A model generated the notes under the pieces. It made no database searches. It worked only from the letters and a program-made list of their open reading frames with translations, and was not told the DNA's origin. Of a stretch of 64,000 nt of DNA, positions 38,379-48,492 are shown one piece after another. Within the stretch, counting starts at the first letter, position 1. Every line of letters begins with the position of its first letter. Both the position numbers and the translations under genes were made by a program. The stretch is taken from sequence record KJ019152.1; one strand, given 5' to 3'.

Positions 38379-39106
38379 AGAAAGTAGCTATTATCTTTAT
38401 TGGAACAGGTAGATACCTAGAGTTTCTACCAAAGTATTATGAACAGGCAGAAGCAAACCTCTTCCCCGACAGACCCAAACACTACTATGTGTTTACTGAT
38501 GGTGACTTAGGTAATGAACTACCTGATAATGTAACTGTATACGAACAGGAACATCTCCAATGGCCATATATCACCCTCTATCGTTTCGGTATTATCCAGA
38601 AACACCTAGAGGAGATTGAGAAGGAGTGTGGTTTCCTACTCTTTATGGATGCTGATACACAGGTAGTATCCCCTGTATCGTTCGATGAAGTATTCAGGAA
38701 GGGAAAACCCTATACAGGTGTTCATCACCCCTGCCACGCCCTGAATATGCCACCACACAATGAGTTTCCTGGTAGTCTAGAAACTAATACAGCATCCAAG
38801 GCAGCATGTAAACCTGGTGATGACTTCTCTGTATATTGGCAAGGTTGTGTATGGGGTGGAAACATCAAGGGTGCTCGTAAGATTATTGATACTCTCCACC
38901 ACAGAACTAAACAAGATGAGGAGAATGGAATCATTGCCAAGTGGCATGATGAAAGTCATATCAATAGATACTTCCTTGATAACAAAGATAAGGTGAATAC
39001 CCTATCACCTAGTTTCGCATACCCAGAGTCCTTCACTGAGTATATGGAAGACTATGAACCTAAGATTGTACACCTAGCAAAAGAGAATTCTAAGTATCAG
39101 GTATGA
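38375..39106 (+). CDS. GT6 (ABO-like) glycosyltransferase
   Basis: IGTGRY, YYVFTD, WPYITLYRF, FMDAD and WHDESHINRY. Confidence 0.9.
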   Translation: MKKVAIIFIGTGRYLEFLPKYYEQAEANLFPDRPKHYYVFTDGDLGNELPDNVTVYEQEHLQWPYITLYRFGIIQKHLEEIEKECGFLLFMDADTQVVSPVSFDEVFRKGKPYTGVHHPCHALNMPPHNEFPGSLETNTASKAACKPGDDFSVYWQGCVWGGNIKGARKIIDTLHHRTKQDEENGIIAKWHDESHINRYFLDNKDKVNTLSPSFAYPESFTEYMEDYEPKIVHLAKENSKYQV

Positions 39107-39726
39107 GTTACTTCACAGATTATGACAACGAATTCACAGTATTCGAGGCACCAAAGAACGGGGGAACTACTCTCCGTCTTTGGATATACTACGCAGGAAC
39201 AGGGGAGTTAGTAAAGTCAGCGGAGTCTGAATACTACGCTGGCACTGGAGAAACATACAAACAACTCCAAGAGTGGGGTTATGTGAATGGGGAATACGAG
39301 AACCCCAAGACCCAGATGGTATGTATCAAGAGAGACCCTGTAGATAGGTTTGTAAGTGCCTTCTATGATAAGGTAATCAAAGAGGGAAGAATCAAAGTAA
39401 CCATCGATGAGTTTCTCTCAAACTATGAAGAGATACTTGATAAGTCTACCCTCAAGATGAATGATGGTAAGACTAACTTCATGAAGTTTCACTTTGAGTC
39501 ACAGACATATCACTTCGGTAAAGATAAAGATCTATATCATAAGGTCTTTGATATCTCAGAGGTTGGTACTGGTCTGAAGAAGTATCTGGAGAGTAAGTGG
39601 AATATAGAACTACCTGATGTCCATGCTAGAAATAGTGGTGGTGGTAGAAAGTTTGATCTCTCCAGGGGACAACTGAATAGGGTGAAGGAAATCTACACAC
39701 AGGACTATTATAATGGGTGGTACTGA
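39103..39726 (+). CDS. sulfotransferase family 2
   Basis: PAPS-loop-like APKNGGTT and RDPVDRFVSAF. Confidence 0.8.
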   Translation: MSYFTDYDNEFTVFEAPKNGGTTLRLWIYYAGTGELVKSAESEYYAGTGETYKQLQEWGYVNGEYENPKTQMVCIKRDPVDRFVSAFYDKVIKEGRIKVTIDEFLSNYEEILDKSTLKMNDGKTNFMKFHFESQTYHFGKDKDLYHKVFDISEVGTGLKKYLESKWNIELPDVHARNSGGGRKFDLSRGQLNRVKEIYTQDYYNGWY

Positions 39727-40498
39727 AGGATATATCCTGATAGGTATTGGTGATAGGTATCTACAGATGACAGAGAACCTCACTAAAACTCTAAAGAAAC
39801 ATGGAGATAATAGAGGATCCCTAACTATCACAAGATCGGATAATAGGGAACTCTATAGTGAGTGTAACACTGAGTTTGAGAGGAATGGAACTCTACCTAA
39901 GATTACCTTAGATAGATACCTACCTTTTGATCACAATATATTCCTAGATGCTGATATGTTATGTGTAGGTGATACACAACATGTATGGGATCTATTCAGG
40001 AGTAGTGATCAGTTTGTTCAACAGGTAGGATGTTTGGGAAGAGATCCTAACTTCCACGCTCACCAGTATGAGAGTGAGTTGGGTTTTGAGATTCCTAGAG
40101 TCCATGGTGGTTGTATCTACATCAATAGAGAGAAACTAGACCCAGAGTTCTTTCCCTATATGAGAGAGTGTTTCCTAAACTATAAACAAATATTTCATAA
40201 TAGTGGTCTAACCTATAAGAATAGTAGACCAGACCAACCACTATACGCTCTAGCAAATGGTATGTGGGGATTCAAACCTGTGGATCTATACACTAACCCT
40301 ATCATGACTATTGTGAATGATAGCACCCCACCCCCACTAGATAGTGTGTTCTTCAATAAGAAGAGAGGTCCTAAGTTAGATACTCCTGTTCCTTTTGTTC
40401 ATGTATTCCGTGGAGAAGAGGGTATGTCTAAGGGTTATACTAGAGGTGACCAGAAGATGTTGTTGTCCCATTATGATTACTACCTGAACTATGAATAA
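39713..40498 (+). CDS. GT-A fold glycosyltransferase (GT8-like)
   Basis: IFLDADML, GGCIYIN and DQP. Confidence 0.65.
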   Translation: MGGTEGYILIGIGDRYLQMTENLTKTLKKHGDNRGSLTITRSDNRELYSECNTEFERNGTLPKITLDRYLPFDHNIFLDADMLCVGDTQHVWDLFRSSDQFVQQVGCLGRDPNFHAHQYESELGFEIPRVHGGCIYINREKLDPEFFPYMRECFLNYKQIFHNSGLTYKNSRPDQPLYALANGMWGFKPVDLYTNPIMTIVNDSTPPPLDSVFFNKKRGPKLDTPVPFVHVFRGEEGMSKGYTRGDQKMLLSHYDYYLNYE

Positions 40499-41279
40499 AA
40501 CTATATGGATGTGTTGGTTCCAGGGTTGGGATAAGGCACCAGAGATTACAGAGAAGTGTTTAGAGTCCTGGAAACACTACAATAGTGATTGGGATATTGT
40601 TCTACTAGATGAATCCAACTACAAGGATTACATCTCCATTGATAAAGAACTACCAGGACTGAAGACAAACTATATCTCACTGGGTGATATCCTCCGTCTC
40701 TTTCTACTAAAAGAGCATGGTGGAGTATGGGCAGATGCAACTATCTTCTGTAACAAACCAGTGGATTGGGTTTTGGATTATGAGGATTCTTTCATCTTCA
40801 CCAGGAAGGATAAGATGATTGCCTCTTGGTTTGTTGCTGCTCAGAAAGATTCCCATGTTGTAGATGTATGGTATAATAAGATGTTAGAGTTCTGGAAGTA
40901 TCGTATGGAAAATACAGATACTTTCGAGCAACAATATGGTTGGATACACGCTTTGTTCCGTCAGTCCTACGCTCAGGATAAGGGGTTCAGGGATATTGTA
41001 GATAGTATGGATAAGATTGATTGCATGAGTGATGGTCAATCTAGAGGTAAGGGTCCGCACTTCTTTGCACCCTACAGTAAATACTTCTACAACCCTATCA
41101 GTGACACGATAAAGAATCGTATAGACTCTAAAGTTGATCCACTATATAAGTTGTCTTACAAGGCAAACACAGACTGGAGAAGTCCAGAGAACAGGGGTAT
41201 CCACCCAGCAGACCAAAAGATTATGTTGGAATATCCAACTAATAGTGAACTACATTATCTACTCAACACATTAAAATGA
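40491..41279 (+). CDS. capsular polysaccharide synthesis-type (GT32-like) glycosyltransferase
   Basis: KTIWMCWFQG, CLESWK, DILRLFLL and GGVWADAT. Confidence 0.82.
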   Translation: MNKTIWMCWFQGWDKAPEITEKCLESWKHYNSDWDIVLLDESNYKDYISIDKELPGLKTNYISLGDILRLFLLKEHGGVWADATIFCNKPVDWVLDYEDSFIFTRKDKMIASWFVAAQKDSHVVDVWYNKMLEFWKYRMENTDTFEQQYGWIHALFRQSYAQDKGFRDIVDSMDKIDCMSDGQSRGKGPHFFAPYSKYFYNPISDTIKNRIDSKVDPLYKLSYKANTDWRSPENRGIHPADQKIMLEYPTNSELHYLLNTLK

Positions 41280-42181
41280 CAAATAAATCATTGGTTACCG
41301 GTGGCGCGGGTTTCATCGGGTCACATATTGTGGACCGACTTATTACACTAGGACATCAAGTCGTAGTGATTGACAATGAATCCTCTGATGGTCATGATGA
41401 ATACCATTGGAACAGAAGCGGACAAGTACAAAACCATAAGGCAGACATTCGTGACTACGATGCAATCAAACACTTGTTTGGTGGAGTCAATAATGTTTTT
41501 CACCTTGCCGCTAAAGCATCAGTACAGGCGTCAGTAGATAACCCCCTACCAACTATTGCCACACAGGTAATGGGAACCGCCAATGTATTGGAGGCAGCAC
41601 GACAATCTGGTGTGAGTAAGTTTGTATATTCCTCTACTAGTGCTTGTTATGGTAACAACAACCCCATTCCTAATGTAGAAACGATGAGAGAAGATCCTCT
41701 CAACGCCTATGCTATTGGTAAGTTATCTGGGGAACAACTAGTTCGTGCCTATCACTACCTCTATGGTATGAAGACGGTGGCATTCCGTTATACCAATGTG
41801 TATGGGGAGAGGGCAAGACACGTAGGACACTACGCTCCTGCTGTTAGTAAGTTCCTAAAGATGAGAGCACAGGGAGAACCCCTAACTATCTTTGGTGATG
41901 GTGCCCAACGCCGGGACTTTATTCATGTATCTGATGTAGTCAACGCTAACTGCTGTATTACCTATGAGGAACTAGAGCAGTGGGGTGAGACCTATAACAT
42001 TGGTTATGGTAAGAACTGGAGTATCCAAGAGATCGCAGACTCTATCAGTCAGGAACAGATTCACCTATCTGCTCGTACTGGTGAGATGCGTGAGACGCTT
42101 GCTGATATTGGGAAGGCAAAGGCAGAGTTGATGTGGAAACCAAAGACTGACATCATGGATTGGATTAGGGCACAACTCTGA
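41276..42181 (+). CDS. NAD-dependent epimerase/dehydratase
   Basis: TGGAGFIGS, HLAA, YAIGK and RYTNVYG. Confidence 0.92.
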   Translation: MTNKSLVTGGAGFIGSHIVDRLITLGHQVVVIDNESSDGHDEYHWNRSGQVQNHKADIRDYDAIKHLFGGVNNVFHLAAKASVQASVDNPLPTIATQVMGTANVLEAARQSGVSKFVYSSTSACYGNNNPIPNVETMREDPLNAYAIGKLSGEQLVRAYHYLYGMKTVAFRYTNVYGERARHVGHYAPAVSKFLKMRAQGEPLTIFGDGAQRRDFIHVSDVVNANCCITYEELEQWGETYNIGYGKNWSIQEIADSISQEQIHLSARTGEMRETLADIGKAKAELMWKPKTDIMDWIRAQL

Positions 42182-42798
42182 TGCCAGTATTTCAGAAGGA
42201 CAACAAGAAAGTTCTATTCATCCATGTTCCCAAGACTGCAGGGAGTTCTGTGAATAAACTCTTTGTGAATAATGGATATGAAATGTCCTACTATTCTGAG
42301 AGTTCTAAAGATCTATACAATGGATTATGTGGACCACAACATCTGGACTCACTTCTATTGGAAGATGAGTTCCAAGATTTCTCTCAGTTTGATTATATCT
42401 TCTCTATCTTCAGAGACCCAGTAGACAGACATCTATCTGAGTTCACCTGGGCACCCTGGGGACTAATGGGTAGAAACATCTACACACCAGAAAGATTTGA
42501 TGAGTGGTGTCCTAAGATATTCAGGGCGTATCAGGACTCACCATATAGGATGGATAACCACATTAGACCTCAACATGAGTTCTATGTCAATGGATGTGAT
42601 GTGTATGACTATGAAAATATCAATACACTCACAGAGAAACTATGTGATAAAATAGGTCTAGATAATAAAGAGATGCCATATGAAAGGTCTTCACGATATG
42701 ATAGTGAGGATTATGTCATCTATGAAGATACTTACAATTGTATTACTGAATTTTACAAAGGAGACTATCAATGGCAAAAGGATTCAGTCCTGTTGTGA
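42181..42798 (+). CDS. sulfotransferase family 2
   Basis: LFIHVPKTAGSS, RDPVDRHLSEF and HIRPQ. Confidence 0.85.
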   Translation: MPVFQKDNKKVLFIHVPKTAGSSVNKLFVNNGYEMSYYSESSKDLYNGLCGPQHLDSLLLEDEFQDFSQFDYIFSIFRDPVDRHLSEFTWAPWGLMGRNIYTPERFDEWCPKIFRAYQDSPYRMDNHIRPQHEFYVNGCDVYDYENINTLTEKLCDKIGLDNKEMPYERSSRYDSEDYVIYEDTYNCITEFYKGDYQWQKDSVLL

Positions 42799-43649
42799 CT
42801 AAGGATAAGAACAAGTCCCAGTTCAAACTACAGGGTGTTCCTAGGATTTACTACATCAGTTTAGATGATCATGCTCATCGTCAAGACTATATGGAGTCCC
42901 AGTTTGAAGACTGGGGCATCACTAACTTCGAAAGAATCTCTGCTCATGATGGTAGAGGTGATAATGATCTGAGTGATATTCTCAAAGGGTCTTATCCAAA
43001 GATGATGAGTTCTGGTGAGGTTGGTTGTGTAACCTCTCACCTAAAGGCACTAAAACACTGGTTAGATACTACAGAGGGTGAAGAGTTTCTCCTTATGATG
43101 GAGGATGATTGTGATATCTCCACTGCTTCCCACTGGGGGTTCTCCTGGAGAGAGTTTGTTGGGAATATTCCATCCCATGTAGATTGTGTTCAGTTAGCAG
43201 TTATCAACCCATCAGAACTACATATCAAACTCCATATCAGGTTTGTGAATGATTTCTCCACTGCCTCATACCTAATCCGTAGATCACACGCAGAGAAGTT
43301 AGTTAGACTCTATTGTAGGGGTGATAAGTATAAACTTGATAGTGATATCAAACCCAGAGCAGTTGCTGATGATCTTATCTACAACTCTGGTGTGACTCTT
43401 GCTATGCCTCTATTTGCCTTCAAGATTGCACTAGGTTCCAGTATCCATGATGTCCATATCAATACCTTCCACAAGAGTAGTCATGATGGTATCTGGGAGT
43501 TTTGGAAGAAAACAGCACCAACTATTGAGAACTGGAAACCATTCTTCAACTATGATGCCTATCTGGGAACCCTACCACCCAATGTTGTGGTTCAACAATG
43601 GCAGCAAAAACAGGAATCCAAAGCAAAAGATTCAGGGGCTTCGCAATAG
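42771..43649 (+). CDS. GT25 glycosyltransferase
   Basis: YYISLD, FERISAHDG, GEVGCVTSH and MMEDD. Confidence 0.85.
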   Translation: MAKGFSPVVTKDKNKSQFKLQGVPRIYYISLDDHAHRQDYMESQFEDWGITNFERISAHDGRGDNDLSDILKGSYPKMMSSGEVGCVTSHLKALKHWLDTTEGEEFLLMMEDDCDISTASHWGFSWREFVGNIPSHVDCVQLAVINPSELHIKLHIRFVNDFSTASYLIRRSHAEKLVRLYCRGDKYKLDSDIKPRAVADDLIYNSGVTLAMPLFAFKIALGSSIHDVHINTFHKSSHDGIWEFWKKTAPTIENWKPFFNYDAYLGTLPPNVVVQQWQQKQESKAKDSGASQ

Positions 43650-43693
43650 AACATATATATGTTATAATATTTACATTCACCCATGAGGTTATT

Positions 43694-43813
43694 ATGAAAT
43701 TTGGTTTTACCCCCGAAGCAGAAATCCTAAACGCTCGTTTGGCAATGTTGGGATTCGTTATCGCCGTAGGCACTTACTTGACCACAGGTCAGATTATTCC
43801 AGGAGTTCTTTGA
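43694..43813 (+). CDS. hli: high-light-inducible protein
   Basis: [13 protein letters not shown] chlorophyll-binding motif and TGQIIPG. Confidence 0.93.
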   Translation: MKFGFTPEAEILNARLAMLGFVIAVGTYLTTGQIIPGVL

Positions 43814-44106
43814 TGGCGTTTTCTGTAACACTTAGATCACCTACTGGTGAAGATAAAGTTGTAACAGTGGAGGGAGATCAATACATCCTAGATGCCGCAG
43901 AGGAAGCGGGTGTAGATCTCCCATATTCATGTAGAGCTGGTGCTTGTTCATCCTGTGCAGGTAAGATTGTATCTGGAAAGGTGAATCAAGAAGACCAGTC
44001 ATTCTTAGATGATGATCAGATCGAAGCAGGTTTCGCACTCTTATGTGTATCTTATGCCGAATCTGATTGTGTGATTGAGACGGAAAAAGAGGAAACCCTT
44101 TACTGA
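43813..44106 (+). CDS. petF: plant-type [2Fe-2S] ferredoxin
   Basis: [15 protein letters not shown]...LLC. Confidence 0.97.
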   Translation: MAFSVTLRSPTGEDKVVTVEGDQYILDAAEEAGVDLPYSCRAGACSSCAGKIVSGKVNQEDQSFLDDDQIEAGFALLCVSYAESDCVIETEKEETLY

Positions 44107-44111
44107 GACTG

Positions 44112-44261
44112 ATGTCTAATCCAAACGCTCTATATGAAGATATGGAGAAACTGAATGCCCTCTACGAAGAACTTTGTTGGGGGCATAACGATGAACTACA
44201 ATTTTCCCATGACGGGGAGAGCATTATTATTACCAATAAAACCCAGGAGAAACAAAAATGA
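44112..44261 (+). CDS. small conserved cyanophage protein
   Basis: Hand-read MSNPNALYEDMEKLNALYEELCW... Confidence 0.7.
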   Translation: MSNPNALYEDMEKLNALYEELCWGHNDELQFSHDGESIIITNKTQEKQK

Positions 44262-44467
44262 CAGTAACAACTGAAGACGGCGGACGCACAAACATGTACG
44301 CCACTGAACCCACTATGTTTATTGATCCTTCTTACACTGAGAAGTATGGTTTAGAAACACACGCTGAACGAGCTGAAACAGCAAACGGGCGTTGGGCAAT
44401 GATTGGATTTGTTTCTGGTATTGTATCCTATGTTATTACTGGTAACTTCTTCTTTGGTGTTATCTAA
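44258..44467 (+). CDS. hli: high-light-inducible protein
   Basis: AETANGRWAMIGF, with a viral-type N-terminal extension TTEDGGRTNMYATEP. Confidence 0.92.
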   Translation: MTVTTEDGGRTNMYATEPTMFIDPSYTEKYGLETHAERAETANGRWAMIGFVSGIVSYVITGNFFFGVI

Positions 44468-44473
44468 TATTAG

Positions 44474-44501
44474 AAGGAGGGTTTGATACCCTCCTTTTTT
44501 T
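44474..44501 (+). terminator. intrinsic terminator
   Basis: AAGGAGGGT/ACCCTCCTT stem plus T run. Confidence 0.8.
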
Positions 44502-44508
44502 GTGCTCC

Positions 44509-44516
44509 TATAAATA
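44509..44516 (+). promoter_or_regulatory. T4-type late promoter
   Basis: TATAAATA. Confidence 0.75.
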
Positions 44517-44548
44517 CCTTCTAGGCACCCACACACCTTCGTATCAAA

Positions 44549-46840
44549 ATGGCATTTAAGATTAATGGCGTAGTACGCATTGATAATAGTGGCAACGGTT
44601 TTCTGGGAATTGTAACCGCTACCGACGCTAATATCACAGGAGTTCTCACTGCCACTGAGGTGGATGCGAAAGTATCATCTAAGGCAATAACTGAACAAAC
44701 AGATGGAACCGTAGATGATGTAACTGGTGCAGATGAACTATTACTATTAGATGCCGAGACTGGTGGATTACTAAGAGTATCAATAGATGAGTTCGTGCAG
44801 GGTTCAGGCATTGGAACTCTAGTAACGGACTTTGATAACTTAACTGTTACTGGTATCACAACCGTTGCCACCCTCAAAGGTATTGGATCTAATAACATCA
44901 GTGTAGGGAGCACACTTTCCTTTGCTGATGGTACAGAGATCATCATGGGTGACTCTGGTGACTTCAGTATTCATCATGATGGTGACCATACTTACCTAGA
45001 TGAGACGGGGCAGGGTAATCTAAAACTCCGTACAAATAACTTTAGAGTAACAAATATAGCAGAAACAAAACCAGCTATTACAGCACAGGTTACTTCTGGT
45101 GTTGAGTTGTATTTTGATGGTAATAAGAAGATAGAAACTACAAATACTGGTGTTCTTGTGAGTGGTATGCTCACTGCTGATAGATTAAGATCAGGTGATA
45201 TTGCTGCTAGAAATGTAATCACACTGGGTATTACCACTATCCAAGATCATTTGGAAGTGAATGATAGTACTGGTTCTGGTACGGAATATAATCTTAATGT
45301 TAAGACTAATGGTAGTTCTACCTTTGGTGTCTTAGGTAATGGAAATATTCTACTTGGAAACAGTTCCGGTGCTCCATTCATGGCGACGAATGATCACCAC
45401 GCAACTTCCAAGAAATATGTAGATGACGCCATCGCTGATGATCCTAGCGGTGCTGCGGCTTGGGGTACTGTTGCCGCAAACAACAGTGGTGGTGCTAGTA
45501 GTATTACTTTACTGGGTGGGATGAATGTAGCAAGTGTCACAGCTGGCACATCAAATGCAAAAGGAAATTTCGTGGTTACATTTGCCACTCCAATGCCTGA
45601 TGCAAACTATTCAGTAACCGCTAGTTATAATAACGCTAATGTTAACACATATGGGGATATTAGTGTAGGTTCTAAAACAGCAAGTAGTTTTGAGGTTCAA
45701 ACTTTTGAATCATCAAATCTGCCTGACTGGCAGGGGTTTGGATTTGTCGTCTTCGCAACCAATGCCCTCCCACCAACAGGCGGCACGGGAACAGATGCCT
45801 GGGGTGATATTGCAGCAGATGTAACGATTAACGCTAGCTTTAACATCGCTTCAGTAACTAGAACTGCCACGGGCTTCTCTGCTGTGGTGTTTAATACGCC
45901 GATGCCAAACGCTAATTACTCCGTTGTTGGTACTGTTGAGGGTAATAATGCAAGTCATAACTTAACAGTCAAAGATAAGACCGCTAACGGTTTTACTGTA
46001 GTAACTGAGTCTGGGTATGACTATGCCAAGAATAATGACGCATACAGTTTCACCGTCAACGCCACCAACGCAACGCTACCTGAAACTATTACAACGGATC
46101 AGTTTACCTCTGCGTTTAATGCTCCTACCTTCAAAAACATTCTCATCAATGGAAATCTGACAATTAATCAACGTAATGTTAATATTACATCTGTTTCTGG
46201 CGGTGAATATGGTGAAGATCGTTGGAAAAAGACATTAGGTGGGATGACGCAGATTGTTGAAGATGGTAATTATCTACCAAGTTCTTCTTACACTTTATCT
46301 GGAACAGGTATTACTACAACTACAGCAAACTCACCTGCTTCTGGTGACTGGGACATCTCAACAACCTTTGGTGATATTCCTGTTACTGCTCGTTCTATCC
46401 AACTTGAATATGGCAACGTAGCCTCAGCGTTTGACTTGAGACCGGTTGGGGTGGAGCTGAGTTTGTGTCATCGTTATTTTTATAGAATAATAAGGTCCGT
46501 CAACAGCACTCCTTTTACTATTAAATCTAACAGTAACTCAAACGACATTCCCGCTGTAGGCTCGATCGAGTGTTCTTACAATGTAGTTTTTCCAGCCACA
46601 ATGAGAACCCAACCTACTGGCTCAAATTACAGTAACAACGGAGCAAATAACTATTTGGCAATTCCAGGATATAGGGCTATTACTAACTCTTTTCTGGCAA
46701 GCGATGTAAGTTTTTCATACGCATCCTCTGAAGACGCAGTAATTTTAGTGGATACGACCTTAGGGAGCATCGGAGTAGTTCAAGGAGCTGCGTTCCCGCT
46801 AGAGGCGGCTTTTAGTTATGACATCGACGCCGAACTTTAA
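44549..46840 (+). CDS. tail fibre-like structural protein
   Basis: Late promoter, Thr/Gly/Val-rich sequence, duplicated WG...NIASV...F.TPMP.ANYSV module and a C-terminal NILINGN...QLEYG...ELSLCHRYF domain. Confidence 0.75.
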   Translation: MAFKINGVVRIDNSGNGFLGIVTATDANITGVLTATEVDAKVSSKAITEQTDGTVDDVTGADELLLLDAETGGLLRVSIDEFVQGSGIGTLVTDFDNLTVTGITTVATLKGIGSNNISVGSTLSFADGTEIIMGDSGDFSIHHDGDHTYLDETGQGNLKLRTNNFRVTNIAETKPAITAQVTSGVELYFDGNKKIETTNTGVLVSGMLTADRLRSGDIAARNVITLGITTIQDHLEVNDSTGSGTEYNLNVKTNGSSTFGVLGNGNILLGNSSGAPFMATNDHHATSKKYVDDAIADDPSGAAAWGTVAANNSGGASSITLLGGMNVASVTAGTSNAKGNFVVTFATPMPDANYSVTASYNNANVNTYGDISVGSKTASSFEVQTFESSNLPDWQGFGFVVFATNALPPTGGTGTDAWGDIAADVTINASFNIASVTRTATGFSAVVFNTPMPNANYSVVGTVEGNNASHNLTVKDKTANGFTVVTESGYDYAKNNDAYSFTVNATNATLPETITTDQFTSAFNAPTFKNILINGNLTINQRNVNITSVSGGEYGEDRWKKTLGGMTQIVEDGNYLPSSSYTLSGTGITTTTANSPASGDWDISTTFGDIPVTARSIQLEYGNVASAFDLRPVGVELSLCHRYFYRIIRSVNSTPFTIKSNSNSNDIPAVGSIECSYNVVFPATMRTQPTGSNYSNNGANNYLAIPGYRAITNSFLASDVSFSYASSEDAVILVDTTLGSIGVVQGAAFPLEAAFSYDIDAEL

Positions 46841-46882
46841 ACTCCTTAATTCCTTACAATAGAACTATCACACTTTAAAACT

Positions 46883-47125
46883 ATGGCTTATACTTACGCA
46901 TTTACTGATGCTGATAACAACAGCATCAAACGCACTGATGAAGACGGTAACGTTGCATTCGTTCCAGTCGCAGAAGGCAATCGTGACTACGCAGAATATC
47001 TATCCTCTGGTATCACTGCCGATGCATACGTAGCACCACCGGAACCAGAACCCCTTACTCCAGAAGAGAAACTAGCCAACTCTGGACTGACAGTTGATGA
47101 GCTAAAGAGTTTGTTAGATCTATAG
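46883..47125 (+). CDS. small tail-fibre-associated (chaperone-like) protein
   Basis: Follows the fibre gene; NRDYAEYL and TPEEKLANSGLTVDELKSLL. Confidence 0.55.
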   Translation: MAYTYAFTDADNNSIKRTDEDGNVAFVPVAEGNRDYAEYLSSGITADAYVAPPEPEPLTPEEKLANSGLTVDELKSLLDL

Positions 47126-47155
47126 GTGTGACAGCCAGCAAACTGGCACAGGGGG

Positions 47156-47184
47156 TTGGCACCCTGGGGAATCTGTGTTATAAT
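47156..47184 (+). promoter_or_regulatory. psbA promoter
   Basis: TTGGCA-17 nt-TATAAT, preceded by AACTGGCAC. Confidence 0.8.
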
Positions 47185-47232
47185 AAACACATAAATAAGA
47201 AATGTAAAGTTCTTATTACAACACTTCCATCT

Positions 47233-47333
47233 AACCGAGACCTACGGGGAAGTAAAATACGTCTCTAATACCTACACCGGAGGGTGGTGTAGGAATAATA
47301 CTATCGTCAGCTCCCCCTGGCACTACTTACCCT
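47233..47333 (+). ncRNA. PhotoRC-II-like structured 5' leader of psbA
   Basis: GAGAC/GTCTC and CCTACACC/GGTGTAGG stems in the psbA leader. The family name is from recollection. Confidence 0.65.
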
Positions 47334-47342
47334 TTTTACACA

Positions 47343-48422
47343 ATGGCTTCAACACTTACACGCCGTCAAGGCGCATCTATCTGGGATCAGTTTTGTTCCT
47401 GGGTCACATCAACCAACAATCGTCTTTACGTCGGTTGGTTCGGTGTTCTAATGATTCCTACATTGTTAGCCGCAACTGTATGTTTCATTATCGCTTTCGT
47501 GGGTGCTCCCCCAGTGGACATCGACGGAATCCGTGAACCAGTAGCTGGTTCACTCATGTATGGAAACAACATCATCTCTGGTGCAGTTGTTCCTAGTTCA
47601 AACGCAATCGGTCTACACTTCTACCCAATCTGGGAAGCAGCCACACTCGACGAATGGCTCTACAACGGTGGTCCTTTCCAACTAGTTGTCTTCCACTTCC
47701 TTATTGGTATCTACGCCTATATGGGACGTGAGTGGGAACTCTCTTATCGTTTAGGTATGAGACCTTGGATCTGTGTAGCATACTCTGCACCAGTTGCAGC
47801 AGCTTCAGCAGTATTCCTAGTCTATCCTTTCGGTCAAGGTTCATTCTCAGACGCGATGCCCTTGGGTATCTCTGGAACATTCAACTACATGTTGGTCTTC
47901 CAAGCAGAACATAACATCTTGATGCACCCCTTCCACATGTTGGGAGTCGCAGGTGTCTTCGGTGGTTCATTGTTCTCAGCGATGCATGGTTCACTTGTTA
48001 CCTCTTCACTTGTCCGTGAGACAACTGAAACTGAGTCACAGAACTATGGTTACAAGTTCGGCCAAGAAGAAGAGACCTATAACATCGTGGCAGCCCATGG
48101 CTACTTCGGTCGTTTGATCTTTCAATACGCTTCATTCAACAACTCACGCTCACTCCACTTCTTCTTAGCCGCATGGCCAGTTGTGGGTATCTGGTTCACC
48201 GCACTTGGTGTTTCCACAATGGCATTCAACCTCAATGGTTTCAACTTCAACCAGTCTGTTATCGACGGACAAGGTAGAGTATTGAACACCTGGGCGGATG
48301 TTCTTAACAGAGCTGGTCTTGGGATGGAAGTAATGCATGAGAGAAATGCACACAACTTCCCACTAGATTTGGCAGCAGCTGAGTCCACACCAGTGGCTCT
48401 AATTGCACCATCTGTTGGTTGA
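47343..48422 (+). CDS. psbA: photosystem II D1 protein
   Basis: Full length and uninterrupted; NRLYVGWFG...[14 protein letters not shown]. Confidence 0.99.
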   Translation: MASTLTRRQGASIWDQFCSWVTSTNNRLYVGWFGVLMIPTLLAATVCFIIAFVGAPPVDIDGIREPVAGSLMYGNNIISGAVVPSSNAIGLHFYPIWEAATLDEWLYNGGPFQLVVFHFLIGIYAYMGREWELSYRLGMRPWICVAYSAPVAAASAVFLVYPFGQGSFSDAMPLGISGTFNYMLVFQAEHNILMHPFHMLGVAGVFGGSLFSAMHGSLVTSSLVRETTETESQNYGYKFGQEEETYNIVAAHGYFGRLIFQYASFNNSRSLHFFLAAWPVVGIWFTALGVSTMAFNLNGFNFNQSVIDGQGRVLNTWADVLNRAGLGMEVMHERNAHNFPLDLAAAESTPVALIAPSVG

Positions 48423-48444
48423 TCACTCAACCTGTGGTATGATA

Positions 48445-48476
48445 AAGGGGGACTTCGGTCCCCTTTCTTTTTCTTT
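48445..48476 (+). terminator. intrinsic terminator
   Basis: AAAGGGG(G)AC-TTCG-GTCCCCTTT followed by Ts. Confidence 0.85.
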
Positions 48477-48492
48477 TGTAATGTAAAGTTTT

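Noticed and set aside
47343-48422. psbA intron as in S-PM2
   Set aside because: The ORF is continuous and normal length (359 aa).
47195-48490. RpaB/HLR1 direct repeats near psbA
   Set aside because: TTACA/TGTAA half-sites are present but not at the spacing of the HLR1 direct repeat.
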